DNA of 61,023 nt from IMG/VR virus record IMGVR_UViG_2740892440_000003; one strand, 5' to 3'. The notes beneath the pieces were generated by a model. It made no database searches. It was not told the origin of the DNA and was given only the letters and a program-made list of their open reading frames with translations. Origin of the DNA: a virus (taxonomy: Duplodnaviria > Heunggongvirae > Uroviricota > Caudoviricetes). Each line of letters opens with the position of its first letter. Position 1 is the stretch's first letter. Shown here in pieces: positions 36,682-45,912 of the stretch. The position numbers and the translations under genes were made by a program.

Positions 36682-36756
36682 CGGTAAGGGTACTTCGTAG
36701 GGATTCGAACCCTCTGCCAAGCACGGCGATCTCCGACGTCGCAAAATACCCTTACC
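36682..36756 (-). ncRNA. tRNA-like element (acceptor-like 10-bp stem enclosing a perfect T-arm), not a canonical tRNA
   Basis: Minus strand GGTAAGGGTA...AGGGTTCGAATCCCT...TACCCTTACC, 75 nt, directly upstream of tRNA-Thr; no anticodon arm could be folded. Confidence 0.3.
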
Positions 36757-36764
36757 TGTTGTGT

Positions 36765-36840
36765 TGGTGCCGGTTAACGGACTCGAACCGCTGACATCCT
36801 GCTTACAAGGCAGACGCTCTACCAACTGAGCTAAACCGGC
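36765..36840 (-). tRNA. trnT: tRNA-Thr (anticodon UGU)
   Basis: GCCGGTTTAGCTCAGTTGGTAGAGCGTCTGCCTTGTAAGCAGGATGTCAGCGGTTCGAGTCCGTTAACCGGCACCA; canonical cloverleaf with encoded CCA. Confidence 0.85.
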
Positions 36841-36842
36841 AT

Positions 36843-36918
36843 TGGCGATGGTGGATGGATTTGAACCATCGACCCGTTGATTAACAGTCAACCGCTCTAA
36901 TCGCTGAGCTACACCATC
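36843..36918 (-). tRNA. trnA: tRNA-Asn (anticodon GUU)
   Basis: GATGGTGTAGCTCAGCGATTAGAGCGGTTGACTGTTAATCAACGGGTCGATGGTTCAAATCCATCCACCATCGCCA; perfect 7-bp acceptor stem, GUU anticodon. Confidence 0.85.
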
Positions 36919-37583
36919 ACTTGCCGGGTACGTCTCCGGCGAGGGCTTCCACCTCCGTATGCTTTTCGGCGCACCGCGCCCTGGCTGCAATTCGGTAACA
37001 GGGGATGCATAACCCTGGCTTCCAGCGTGATTAGCGCTTTCAGCATGACGGGATATACCCGTAAATTCGTGGAACTGTACCCAAAGTGCTGTTAAGCACC
37101 GCTGTTACGCTGAAAAGAAGACGCAACAGGAAAGGACGCTGACCAACAGATGGCCCCTTCTCGTTCATCTGGTTAATCACACCAGCGCCCTTACCTGTTG
37201 TGCCTCCCCGTTCCCTAATACACAGACGGGGACACTCTGCGGTCGATTTTTTGACGGGGGACGACTCATACCCCGTGGCGTCTGGCTTCTTAGGCCGCTA
37301 CCATCATCAGATCATCGTTTGCATTTACTTTAATGGTCAGTTTCTAAACCGCCGCAAAGTCGCTAACCATGACGAAAACCCTGAAAAAAACGCCCACCCG
37401 AAGATGGGCAAACTGGAAGCTCGTAACGCACTTCGGCGTTGCCACTTAGGCGCATGGTCAACCTGGCAACTCGGTGGTTTGTCTGGGAGGACTATGCCCA
37501 GCCATGCTTACCGCCGCGCCTGTCGCGGCTAACAGCTAAATCGCTCTATAAATCACGATTCATTGAGGCGATATTACACTAAT

Positions 37584-37600
37584 AAATTTATTAGAGCAAT
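37584..37600 (-). promoter_or_regulatory. C1 operator, perfect 17/17 match
   Basis: aaatttattagagcaat is the exact reverse complement of ATTGCTCTAATAAATTT; overlaps the dmt stop codon, upstream of the tRNA cluster. Confidence 0.8.
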
Positions 37601-40600
37601 ATACCTAAAACGTCATGAGCAACACCTCGAGTGTCCCCCTTACAAGACACAGAACGTCTGGCAAAAAGAGGTTCCACTCTGAAGCCATTGTCATGATAAA
37701 GCTCTCTGATGTTTGGCGCGCCACTGTTAGTAATGAGAACCTTTGCACCTCGGCGATGAGCATCCGTCAACAGAGACACCAGGCGTTTTTGCTCTTCAAA
37801 CTTAAAGTCATGACCGGAATAGTTCGTGAATCCCTCTGTATTTGGAAGCGGTTCATATGGCGGATCGCAAAAAATGACATCTCCTTCTCCGGCAGCTTCA
37901 ATCACCGCAGCAAAATCACCACATACAAACTCAGAACGACCTTCCGCACCGAGGAAGGCTTCCATCTCCTGTAATGGGAAATACGGAGTTTTATACTTCC
38001 CATAACCGACATTGAACTCACCGGCCTGGTTGTAACGCGTCAATCCGTTAAAACAATGTCGGTTCAGGAACAAAAACGCCGCTGCGCGATGTAAATCATC
38101 ATAGACTTGTTTGTTAAACGCATTCCGTACTGCCAGGTATCCTTCCTGTGTGTTGTAGTCCTGGAAAAACTGATGCGCCAGTGTGATAAGTGAATGCGCC
38201 TCGCGTTGCAGAGTCTTGTAAAAGTTAATCAGGTCAGCATTCACATCATTTAGCAGATTTTCCTGGTATCCGGCATTCATGAAGACAGCTCCGCCACCGA
38301 CGAAAGGTTCAATCAGGCGCTTCCCTTCTGGCAAATAGCGAAAGATTTGTTCCAGAACACCAAATTTTCCACCAGCCCATTTGAATATGGACCGTTCGAA
38401 TTCTGCCGCTGGTTTAACTTTTCGCTCTTTTGTTTCACGCCCTTCATTCTGCCGACATGCAGCCTTGGTTATCCGCTCGCCAATCCAGCGCATTACTGGT
38501 ATCGCCATACTATTGCCGATCGCTTTGTAACGCGGTCCGCCAGCTGCAAGCATCGCGGCCTCTTCTTCGCTTAAATCTGGATAGTGATTGTGCAGATATG
38601 CCAGTTCATCTGAATTAACTTTTTTACGCTTTTCCGTAGGGATCAACGTATGCCCATCAGGAAAACCTTGAAGTCTCTCACATTCGACAGGGGTAAGACG
38701 GCGGACAGCTACTTCTTCGTTTCTTACTTCATAGCAAACAGCAGTTGGATTTTGAGCCATTAGAGATGGTGAAGTATTCTTAGTTGCTGCATGTTGTGTA
38801 CCACTCATACGCTCAGGAAAAGCCAATGTAACAAGATGCTCATGGCTTTCTTGCTCACGCGCCCGCAATGTACCATGCCCTTCTGACCAAAAACCTGCTC
38901 CAGTGCTGCTAAAAACGGCAAGGTCAGTGGCATCTTTAAAGTCTCTTGCCTTTACTGTCGATGCGGTTTCATCGTCAATATATTCCCCAAATGCCGCCAT
39001 CCTGAAACCGTTTACGGCTTTCGTCGATTTCATACCGGGAGACATGCCAGCGTGTAGGCATGGATTTAGGCTTTCGCCACTGATTGCAGCGCCATTTGCA
39101 GTAATGGCGGAAGCGATTTCCTTCTTTTTCGGCTCGGCGCAATATTCCGGCGCACGCCTTCGAACTCAAAAAGTACCGTTGCGGGATCGAGGTCTGTTCG
39201 AGCACTTGCGACAACAAACACGCGTCGGCGTCGTTGTGCCACTCCGAAGTATTGGGCATCAAGGATTCTCCAGGCCACCTTTCTCTGCGGTCCATAAATA
39301 CAACCACACTGCGGCCACTTTGGAACATGGCAACCGGTTTTGACATCCCACCGCCAGAACGCGTTACTTTTTCCTGATTCAGGTCGATCACCTGGTTCGA
39401 ATAGCGCATCTTCTCCAGCCAATCCGGCAAGGAAACATCCGAAGGCGTTATCTGCCGATGACAAGACTCCTGGGACATTTTCCCAGACGATAACGGCTGG
39501 TTTGAGAAATGACTCAGCCCGTTTGTCGTCAATTGCATTTGCAAGCTCCACATACTTTAAAGTTAGCGCGCCACGCTCATCATCAAGCCCACCACGTAAT
39601 CCAGCGATACTGAATGCCTGACAGTTATGGACCACCGCACCATTGAGGATATAGGAATGATCACCTTCGACTTCTATGTTGTATACAGTATCTAGGCCTA
39701 CCGATTTAAACTCTTTGACTGTTCGTAAAAGCATTCCATGAGCCAATCTTGATTTACGTGACAATTTCTGCGGGCAGATTGTTACCTGATAATAATTCCG
39801 TTGATTTACCACGCGATCCTCAATCACTTTTTTGGGCTCAACTTCAATAAAGCTGACCGAAGAAACATAACCACAAGTCTGTGACAACTCCGCAACGCCC
39901 CAAGCAAGCGCAGGACTAACACTATTAATTCTAAATCCCGCTTTACCACTTGGTGTCCCATCAGTATCAAGATAGCCTTGTAAAAACACATGACGCAATG
40001 GATGCGACATCACCCATGCAGGGATACGCTTAGCATGGCTTAACTCGCCAAAATGTTCATTAAGCCAATTGGCATAACACGTATCATTCAAGGTTACTTT
40101 GATGCTCCCTCGGATTTCGCTTGCCACGGAAAATATGTTTTCTGGTATGCGGCAATGAAACTTTCTCAATTTCTGGCAATTTATGCCAAAAACAACCGCC
40201 TTCTTAGATTTACCTCTCCATCTCCTAATATATCCATCGCCAACATAAGCGCCCGCAAGATACATAGCCTGTTCTTCAGACAAGAACCGAGAACAAATAT
40301 CTGGAGATGCAATATTGAAATTAGTTAGAGCACACCATTGATATCCCGGCATATCACATGCTGCTCGCCATTCCGGTTCAGACAACAACTCTCTCTTAAA
40401 ATATGTGCCATTTTTCCGGGTGTTTTGGGCTTTCCACCGAACCGCCAGGAAGGGATGGTCATTGGTTGTTCTTATACCTAAAGGCTGCCCAACGGCATTA
40501 AGTAACCCCGTATTAGCTATTTTTGAACCAACTCTTTTTACTTGTTGTAACCGCCCGAGATGACTGACTACGTAATCGCCAGGGCAAACATCTTCTATTG

Positions 40601-40877
40601 GTTTATAACCATTTTTACAAAGAACCATATGCCCCGCGGTAAAACATGGTGTCCCTCCCACCAGCACATCAGGGGCTTCAATTTCTCCAGCCTGGACTTT
40701 TTGGGCGAGTTTTGTCATGTCGCCAAGGTTGGCGACATGGGGCCAGTGGTACGCAAGAACGGCAGATGGAAAAGGCTCGATTTCAGCAAACCACGCCGGA
40801 CGCATACCCAACGGTTCCCAGGCAATACTCGCGGCTTCAATTCCACTGCAAACAGATCCATAGCACAGCTCTTTCAC
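37591..40877 (-). CDS. dmt: Dmt, bifunctional DNA methyltransferase (N-terminal C5-cytosine MTase, C-terminal Dam-like N6-adenine MTase), interrupted by an intein and by a 1-nt frame break at the A5 run 39125-39129
   Basis: C5-MTase motifs I ([11 protein letters not shown]), IV (GGTPC...QAFSIAG), VI (ENVPG), VIII (QRRRRVFVV), IX ([19 protein letters not shown]) and X ([12 protein letters not shown]), followed by Dam motifs (FKWAGGK ... DPPY). Track ORFs 39066-40877 and 37591-39045 join if the A-run has 6 A (...[17 protein letters not shown]...). Confidence 0.85.
39624..40646 (-). mobile_element. intein (341 aa) with a LAGLIDADG homing-endonuclease domain, inserted at the catalytic Cys of motif IV of Dmt
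   Basis: The N-extein ends GGTP; the intein begins CFTAGHMVL and ends [10 protein letters not shown]; the C-extein resumes CQAFSIAG, restoring [12 protein letters not shown]. Two LAGLIDADG blocks ([25 protein letters not shown]). Confidence 0.8.
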
Positions 40878-41779
40878 TGCTTAGCCTCTCCGCCAAGGGC
40901 ATTTACCAGAGCATCAACCAGGCACGAAATTTCACTGGTCAACAGGAAGAAATCTGCGTCCAGTCGCTGCGCAACATCTTCACTATCAATATCAGAGTTC
41001 TGCTCAAGCAATTCATCCGCAAAATTGACGCTGGTAATGCTGAAGTTATGGTCCAGTGTAAATTTAATGCGGTTCTGCCAGTCGAGTGCCAACTTAGTGA
41101 CGAGCTTGCCAGCTTCCAGGTGTGTGGAAATTTCATCGCTTCCCAAATCCTGCTTTTTCACTCGGGCGATACCGCCATCCTCAAGCACTGCCTTAAGTTC
41201 TGCCGCATCCCCCATTTGAAATCCCTGTGGAGCACTAGCATCACGTACCCAGTCGGTCAGCGTTAACTCAATGGGATTTTCAACACTTAGTGGCACAACA
41301 GGAAGAGAACCCAGAGACTTACGCATAAGCGCGAGCATATCCTCTGCCTGCCGCGCGCTGGCATTGATATAGATGCGTTTAGTTGAACCGTCGTAGATCG
41401 CCTGGATAACAGAAAACTTTGAAAAAGCCCGTGGCAGAAGAGAATGTAGAACTTCGTCTTTCAGGAAGTCCTTCTCTGTTTTCTTCAGTTTACGCGCTTG
41501 TTCTTGCTCAAGTTTTTCAATTTTTTCTTGAATAGCTCGCTGAATAACCGGCGGGGGAAGAATTTTTGTTTCGCGCTTTGCTTCAACAAGGATAAAACCA
41601 TTTCCATGCATAGCGATAACTTCGGAATTATCACCAAATGGCGATACAAAACCGAACTTGGCCATATCCTGACTACCGCATGGCGTGAAAAGGATCATTT
41701 TCTTTTTATCTTCTAAGTCGGTCAGATCCGCCTCACGAGAAAGTTTATAAATAGTAATGTTTTTCCAGTGCTTAAACAT
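40874..41779 (-). CDS. hrdC: RdgC-family recombination-associated protein
   Basis: About 301 aa from [13 protein letters not shown], resembling the RdgC N-terminus (MLWFKNLMVYRL); P1 encodes an rdgC homologue at this position. Confidence 0.75.
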   Translation of the reverse strand: MFKHWKNITIYKLSREADLTDLEDKKKMILFTPCGSQDMAKFGFVSPFGDNSEVIAMHGNGFILVEAKRETKILPPPVIQRAIQEKIEKLEQEQARKLKKTEKDFLKDEVLHSLLPRAFSKFSVIQAIYDGSTKRIYINASARQAEDMLALMRKSLGSLPVVPLSVENPIELTLTDWVRDASAPQGFQMGDAAELKAVLEDGGIARVKKQDLGSDEISTHLEAGKLVTKLALDWQNRIKFTLDHNFSITSVNFADELLEQNSDIDSEDVAQRLDADFFLLTSEISCLVDALVNALGGEAKQ

Positions 41780-42128
41780 GTTGTAACCCTTGAATATCAA
41801 CCACAGAAAGCTCGTCTTTGTAGAAAAATGCCAGGTTGTGGCACCCCCTCGTTTGAGCGTATGAGCTGGGACCAATTTCGTTCTTCCAGACAAATGGCTT
41901 CAAATCCGTACGGCGAAGCATAAAAACGCGATTTGTTCCGCTCTGATTCCCAATGAGGCAAAAGCCTTCTTTCACCTTGATAGCCTGCAAGTTGTCGAGT
42001 TCACCGCTGGTTACACGGCTATCGAACTCTTTGCGACTTATTAGCTCCATCTGCATCTGACGACTCCAAACAAATGCCCATTGAAGGGCGATGGCTGAAT
42101 GGTACCGAAAACACGACACAAAAAACAA
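41772..42128 (-). CDS. hypothetical protein upstream of hrdC
   Basis: ORF overlapping the hrdC start; the true start may be the internal Met ([11 protein letters not shown]). Confidence 0.35.
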   Translation of the reverse strand: MFFVSCFRYHSAIALQWAFVWSRQMQMELISRKEFDSRVTSGELDNLQAIKVKEGFCLIGNQSGTNRVFMLRRTDLKPFVWKNEIGPSSYAQTRGCHNLAFFYKDELSVVDIQGLQHV

Positions 42129-42144
42129 TATTTATTAGAGCAAT
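42128..42144 (-). promoter_or_regulatory. C1 operator (16/17)
   Basis: atatttattagagcaat in the divergent intergenic region between the hrdC operon and the PAAR gene. Confidence 0.6.
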
Positions 42145-42225
42145 TTTGAAATATATAAACGCCATGTAGACCACAAAAAACCTAAGTTAAAATAACGAAA
42201 ATTAGAGCAAATTATTGGTGATTAG

Positions 42226-42510
42226 GTGGCAAGTATTGCAACAAAAGACAGCATTTGTTCGGGGCACGGAGGATTCCCATCCAGGCCTCCGGTAGAGAGC
42301 GAACCACTACTTAAAGTCAACGGAGTCGAAGTGTTAGTTGATGGTAAGCAATATGCACAGCATACCGATGGGAACAGCACGCACGGCGGGCAAGCTATAT
42401 CAACCAGGGCATGGTTTACCGTCAACGGGAAAGGGATCGTATGCGTTGGTGATCCTGTTTCATGCGGTTCTATCGTTGCAACCGGAGACGGCCTGGTTCA
42501 GGTAAGTTAG
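42226..42510 (+). CDS. PAAR-repeat protein (spike-tip protein)
   Basis: 94 aa from a GTG start; C-terminal GIVCVGDPVSCGSIVATGDGLVQV fits the PAAR fold. Confidence 0.6.
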   Translation: MASIATKDSICSGHGGFPSRPPVESEPLLKVNGVEVLVDGKQYAQHTDGNSTHGGQAISTRAWFTVNGKGIVCVGDPVSCGSIVATGDGLVQVS

Positions 42511-42518
42511 GAGATATC

Positions 42519-43307
42519 ATGCTGGAAAAAGACTACCAGTTATCCGCATATAAAAAATTGGCCGCCGCCGGTGGGATGAAAACACCTGGTGCCATAACAT
42601 CGGCACGAAACAGTGCTAACACAGCAAAACTGCTTGCAGAAGAATTGACCGGATTAATTCTGGATACAATTGTCTATCCCGACACTATTACCAGCTATGT
42701 TTCAACGCTCAGAACAACCGCAACCGGTTTAACGAATATTGGAGGGCTGGCAACTCAGCACGCGGACCTGTTGGCTGGTTATGCTGATCTGTCAATGCTC
42801 CTTCAACTCGATATTGGTTGGGATGTTTACTGTCGTGCTAATGAGCGAGAAGTTTCAGAACTGCCGATCTCTATTGCCATTGGTGACGCGACTACAACGA
42901 AATCGCTTGAGGACGCTGTAAATGCGCTTAATACGTCGAGTTTAGTCGCTGCTATGGAGGACATTAACCAGACCCTTAACACAGGCTCAGGAAGCTCGTC
43001 AGGCTCTGATTCAGGTGGCGGCGCAGTCACTCCCCCACCAGCACTGACAGAACAACAAGTTGAAGCACTGAAGGAAGCTACTGAACAATTTGGTGCTTTT
43101 TTCGACCAGACAACAGTACCGGTAGCAGCATTGCAACAGCAGTATGAACGAGCGAAGGAAAGCGCCAGCGTAGCCATAACTGCTTATAACCATGCTATCG
43201 GTACCGCGCTTGCGGAAGCATCAGCAAATAAGGCCAGCACAGCCAGCGCAGTTGCCGCTTTGGTTCCTGATTCTGTTCTTGATGAATTAAACAAAGCGGC
43301 ACAGTAA
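42519..43307 (+). CDS. hypothetical protein (262 aa)
   Basis: ATG at 42519 preceded by GGAG; Ala/Thr/Ser-rich. Confidence 0.45.
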   Translation: MLEKDYQLSAYKKLAAAGGMKTPGAITSARNSANTAKLLAEELTGLILDTIVYPDTITSYVSTLRTTATGLTNIGGLATQHADLLAGYADLSMLLQLDIGWDVYCRANEREVSELPISIAIGDATTTKSLEDAVNALNTSSLVAAMEDINQTLNTGSGSSSGSDSGGGAVTPPPALTEQQVEALKEATEQFGAFFDQTTVPVAALQQQYERAKESASVAITAYNHAIGTALAEASANKASTASAVAALVPDSVLDELNKAAQ

Positions 43308-43346
43308 CAAAGGACTTCATTGATAATTTTTCTTCAGGAGGAAGAC

Positions 43347-43769
43347 ATGTCATTCTTTTCTACGTTAAAAACAGCTTTGTCTTTGAAGGAGAAACTTGCT
43401 GCTACTGGTGTTCTTGTTCTGATTTGCGCACTTGTTGGTGCTGGGTTTGCATGGGAACGTCATCAGCTAAAGCAAGCCATAGAGAAAATTGGCAGTCTTG
43501 ATCAGGCTGTTAAGGAACGTGATAAGTCAATAATGGATCTTAACCAGACCATTGAGACGATGAACAAAGCAGAGCAACATTTTCACAGCCAGGAAGTGAA
43601 AAATGAATCAGAACAAGCCAAGTATGCTGACAGGCAAATGGAACGAAAAGCTGAAGTTCAGAAACAACTGGTTGCGGCGGGTAATGTTCGCCAGCGTATT
43701 CCTGCTGACACTCAGCGGTTGCTCCGGGAGTCGATCAGCGAATTTAACGCCGACGCCGACAAAGGTTAA
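43347..43769 (+). CDS. i-spanin-like protein (N-terminal TM helix, periplasmic coiled coil)
   Basis: AGGAGG RBS 7 nt upstream of the ATG; one TM helix (GVLVLICALVGAGFAW) followed by a charged coiled coil. Confidence 0.45.
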   Translation: MSFFSTLKTALSLKEKLAATGVLVLICALVGAGFAWERHQLKQAIEKIGSLDQAVKERDKSIMDLNQTIETMNKAEQHFHSQEVKNESEQAKYADRQMERKAEVQKQLVAAGNVRQRIPADTQRLLRESISEFNADADKG

Positions 43770-43935
43770 CCACCCTGCCCCCAAAAGTGCATTTATGTGC
43801 AGGATGCCAGAGTTTAGCAGTGAATATTTTGATGATCTGCCAGCGTATATCCTCGATACAGAAACGATGCTGATGGGGATTAACAGGAAGAATCGCAACG
43901 TTAATGATTACAACGGAGCTATTAGCGGTAACTAA
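43624..43935 (+). CDS. o-spanin-like outer-membrane lipoprotein, partly embedded out of frame in the preceding gene
   Basis: Signal peptide with lipobox LTLSGC and a Pro-rich mature region; overlaps 43624-43769 of the upstream gene in the +1 frame, like overlapped Rz/Rz1 pairs. Confidence 0.4.
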   Translation: MLTGKWNEKLKFRNNWLRRVMFASVFLLTLSGCSGSRSANLTPTPTKVNHPAPKSAFMCRMPEFSSEYFDDLPAYILDTETMLMGINRKNRNVNDYNGAISGN

Positions 43936-43946
43936 AAGGGATTTTT

Positions 43947-44339
43947 ATGTCTGATAAAGTAACAGTAAAGCAAACTATCAACAAAGCGACTTCAATCTAC
44001 AAAATTGAGCAAATCACTGTTGGCAAGCCAGGATCAGAACAATACCGTCGTGCTTTCGAGCTTGCCGATCAGCTTGGTTTAAAACACCCGGATTGCATTG
44101 AGCATGTATTTCCGACCTATGCTGATGAGCAATGTACTCATGTTCTTATCGAAGAGGATTTTTTCAGCACTGAAGAACGAGAAGGCGTTGATCGCTGCAT
44201 TGGTGTGATTTGTTCTTCGGTAAGTGATGAGTTATTCCCTAATGTGCCTGAATATGGTGGTATTGGATACCAATTCCTGTACGAGGGCGATGAGCTTAAA
44301 TGCTATGAACATGGTCTTCTCATCGAAAGCGTAGAATAA
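43947..44339 (+). CDS. hypothetical protein (130 aa)
   Basis: ORF immediately upstream of oriR. Confidence 0.45.
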   Translation: MSDKVTVKQTINKATSIYKIEQITVGKPGSEQYRRAFELADQLGLKHPDCIEHVFPTYADEQCTHVLIEEDFFSTEEREGVDRCIGVICSSVSDELFPNVPEYGGIGYQFLYEGDELKCYEHGLLIESVE

Positions 44340-44380
44340 TACGACTCCCTTCCAACCGGCTACGTTGGCCGGTTTTTCAC

Positions 44381-44458
44381 TTATCCACATTATCCACTGG
44401 ATAGATCCAATAATCAGGTCCATACAGATCCCAATTAGATCCATATAGATCCCTGATC
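44381..44458. other. oriR: oriR origin core: tandem DnaA boxes plus five GATC sites
   Basis: TTATCCACA and TTATCCACT in tandem (44381-44398), then five GATC sites in repeated (t/c)agatcc units (44404-44458); a further DnaA box TATCCACA at 44632-44639. Confidence 0.8.
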
Positions 44459-44497
44459 GTTGCAGGCCGCGCCACGTCTGGCTTAGAAGTGCATCGC

Positions 44498-44602
44498 GAT
44501 GTGTGCTGGAGGGAAAACGATGTGTGCTGGAGGGATAAAAATGTGTGCTGACGGGTTGCTAATGTGTGCTGGCGGGATATAGGATGTGTGCTGACGGGAA
44601 AG
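44498..44602 (+). repeat. incC: incC iterons (5 x 19 bp, 21-bp period)
   Basis: gatgtgtgctggagggaaa and four variants, directly upstream of repA. Confidence 0.9.
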
Positions 44603-44657
44603 CCTGGGTAGTTATCACCACTTATAAAAACTATCCACACAATTCGGAAAAAGTAAT

Positions 44658-45518
44658 ATGAATCAATCATTTATCTCCGATATTCTTTACGCAGACATTG
44701 AAAGTAAGGCAAAAGAACTAACAGTTAATTCAAACAACACTGTCCAGCCTGTAGCGTTGATGCGCTTGGGGGTATTCGTTCCGAAGCCATCAAAGAGCAA
44801 AGGAGAAAGTAAAGAGATTGATGCCACCAAAGCGTTTTCCCAGCTGGAGATAGCTAAAGCCGAGGGTTACGATGATATTAAAATCACCGGTCCTCGACTC
44901 GATATGGATACTGATTTCAAAACGTGGATCGGTGTCATCTACGCGTTCAGCAAATACGGCTTGTCCTCAAACACCATCCAGTTATCGTTTCAGGAATTCG
45001 CTAAAGCCTGTGGTTTCCCCTCAAAACGTCTGGATGCGAAACTGCGTTTAACCATTCATGAATCACTTGGACGCTTGCGTAACAAGGGTATCGCTTTTAA
45101 GCGCGGAAAAGATGCTAAAGGCGGCTATCAGACTGGTCTGCTGAAGGTCGGGCGTTTTGATGCTGACCTTGATCTGATAGAGCTGGAGGCTGATTCGAAG
45201 CTGTGGGAGTTGTTCCAGCTTGATTATCGCGTTCTGTTACAACACCACGCCTTGCGTGCCCTTCCCAAGAAAGAAGCTGCACAAGCCATTTACACTTTCA
45301 TCGAAAGCCTTCCGCAGAACCCGTTGCCGCTATCGTTCGCGCGAATCCGTGAGCGCCTGGCTTTGCAGTCAGCTGTTGGCGAGCAAAACCGTATCATTAA
45401 GAAAGCGATAGAACAGCTTAAAACAATCGGCTATCTCGACTGTTCAATTGAGAAGAAAGGCCGGGAAAGTTTTGTAATCGTCCATTCTCGCAATCCAAAG
45501 CTGAAACTCCCCGAATAA
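44658..45518 (+). CDS. repA: RepA plasmid replication initiator
   Basis: 286 aa, flanked by iteron arrays on both sides (P1 R-replicon architecture). Confidence 0.9.
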   Translation: MNQSFISDILYADIESKAKELTVNSNNTVQPVALMRLGVFVPKPSKSKGESKEIDATKAFSQLEIAKAEGYDDIKITGPRLDMDTDFKTWIGVIYAFSKYGLSSNTIQLSFQEFAKACGFPSKRLDAKLRLTIHESLGRLRNKGIAFKRGKDAKGGYQTGLLKVGRFDADLDLIELEADSKLWELFQLDYRVLLQHHALRALPKKEAAQAIYTFIESLPQNPLPLSFARIRERLALQSAVGEQNRIIKKAIEQLKTIGYLDCSIEKKGRESFVIVHSRNPKLKLPE

Positions 45519-45519
45519 G

Positions 45520-45830
45520 TGTGTGCTGGAGGGCAGCTGCATTCAAAAAATGTGTGCTGCCGGGAAGGCTTGTCCAGTTTCCCGTTTTTGATGTGCGCTG
45601 GAGGGTTGCGCCACGCAGTTTGCCCAGACATTCCCTCCAGCACACATCTAACCATCCAAGTTTCCCTCCAGCGCACATCTAATCTTCTATCTTTCCCTCC
45701 AGCACACATATTTGATACCAGCGATCCCTCCACAGCACATAATTCAATGCGACTTCCCTCTATCGCACATTCTGGTCCTGCATCATCCCTCCAGCACACA
45801 TCTAATAGCCTCATCGCCATTTCTTTACGT
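45520..45830. repeat. incA: incA iterons (about nine copies, both orientations)
   Basis: Repeated tgtgtgctggaggg / ccctccagcacaca units downstream of repA. Confidence 0.85.
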
Positions 45831-45912
45831 GCAATAATTGACGCACGAATCAAAAAAAAGTTGCACGTAGCAGAATCAAACGTACAATTCACTCATACGA
45901 AATGATAAGGAG

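Noticed and set aside
36682-36756. A third canonical tRNA gene next to tRNA-Thr
   Set aside because: The element has an acceptor-like stem and a perfect T-arm but no anticodon arm could be folded; reported as a tRNA-like element only.
36676-36990. 104-codon minus-strand ORF
   Set aside because: It spans the tRNA-Thr and tRNA-Asn genes and the tRNA-like element; the RNA genes explain the sequence.
38975-39553. 192-codon ORF in the third frame, overlapping the middle of dmt
   Set aside because: Continuity of Dmt is fully explained by a single-base difference at the A-run 39125-39129, joining the 39066-40877 and 37591-39045 frames; this frame has no independent start signal and is treated as a spurious overlap.
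44498-45830. Regularly spaced direct repeats that could be mistaken for a CRISPR array
   Set aside because: They are 19-bp RepA-binding iterons (incC with 21-bp period; incA in both orientations) flanking repA, with no unique spacers of CRISPR type and no cas genes.
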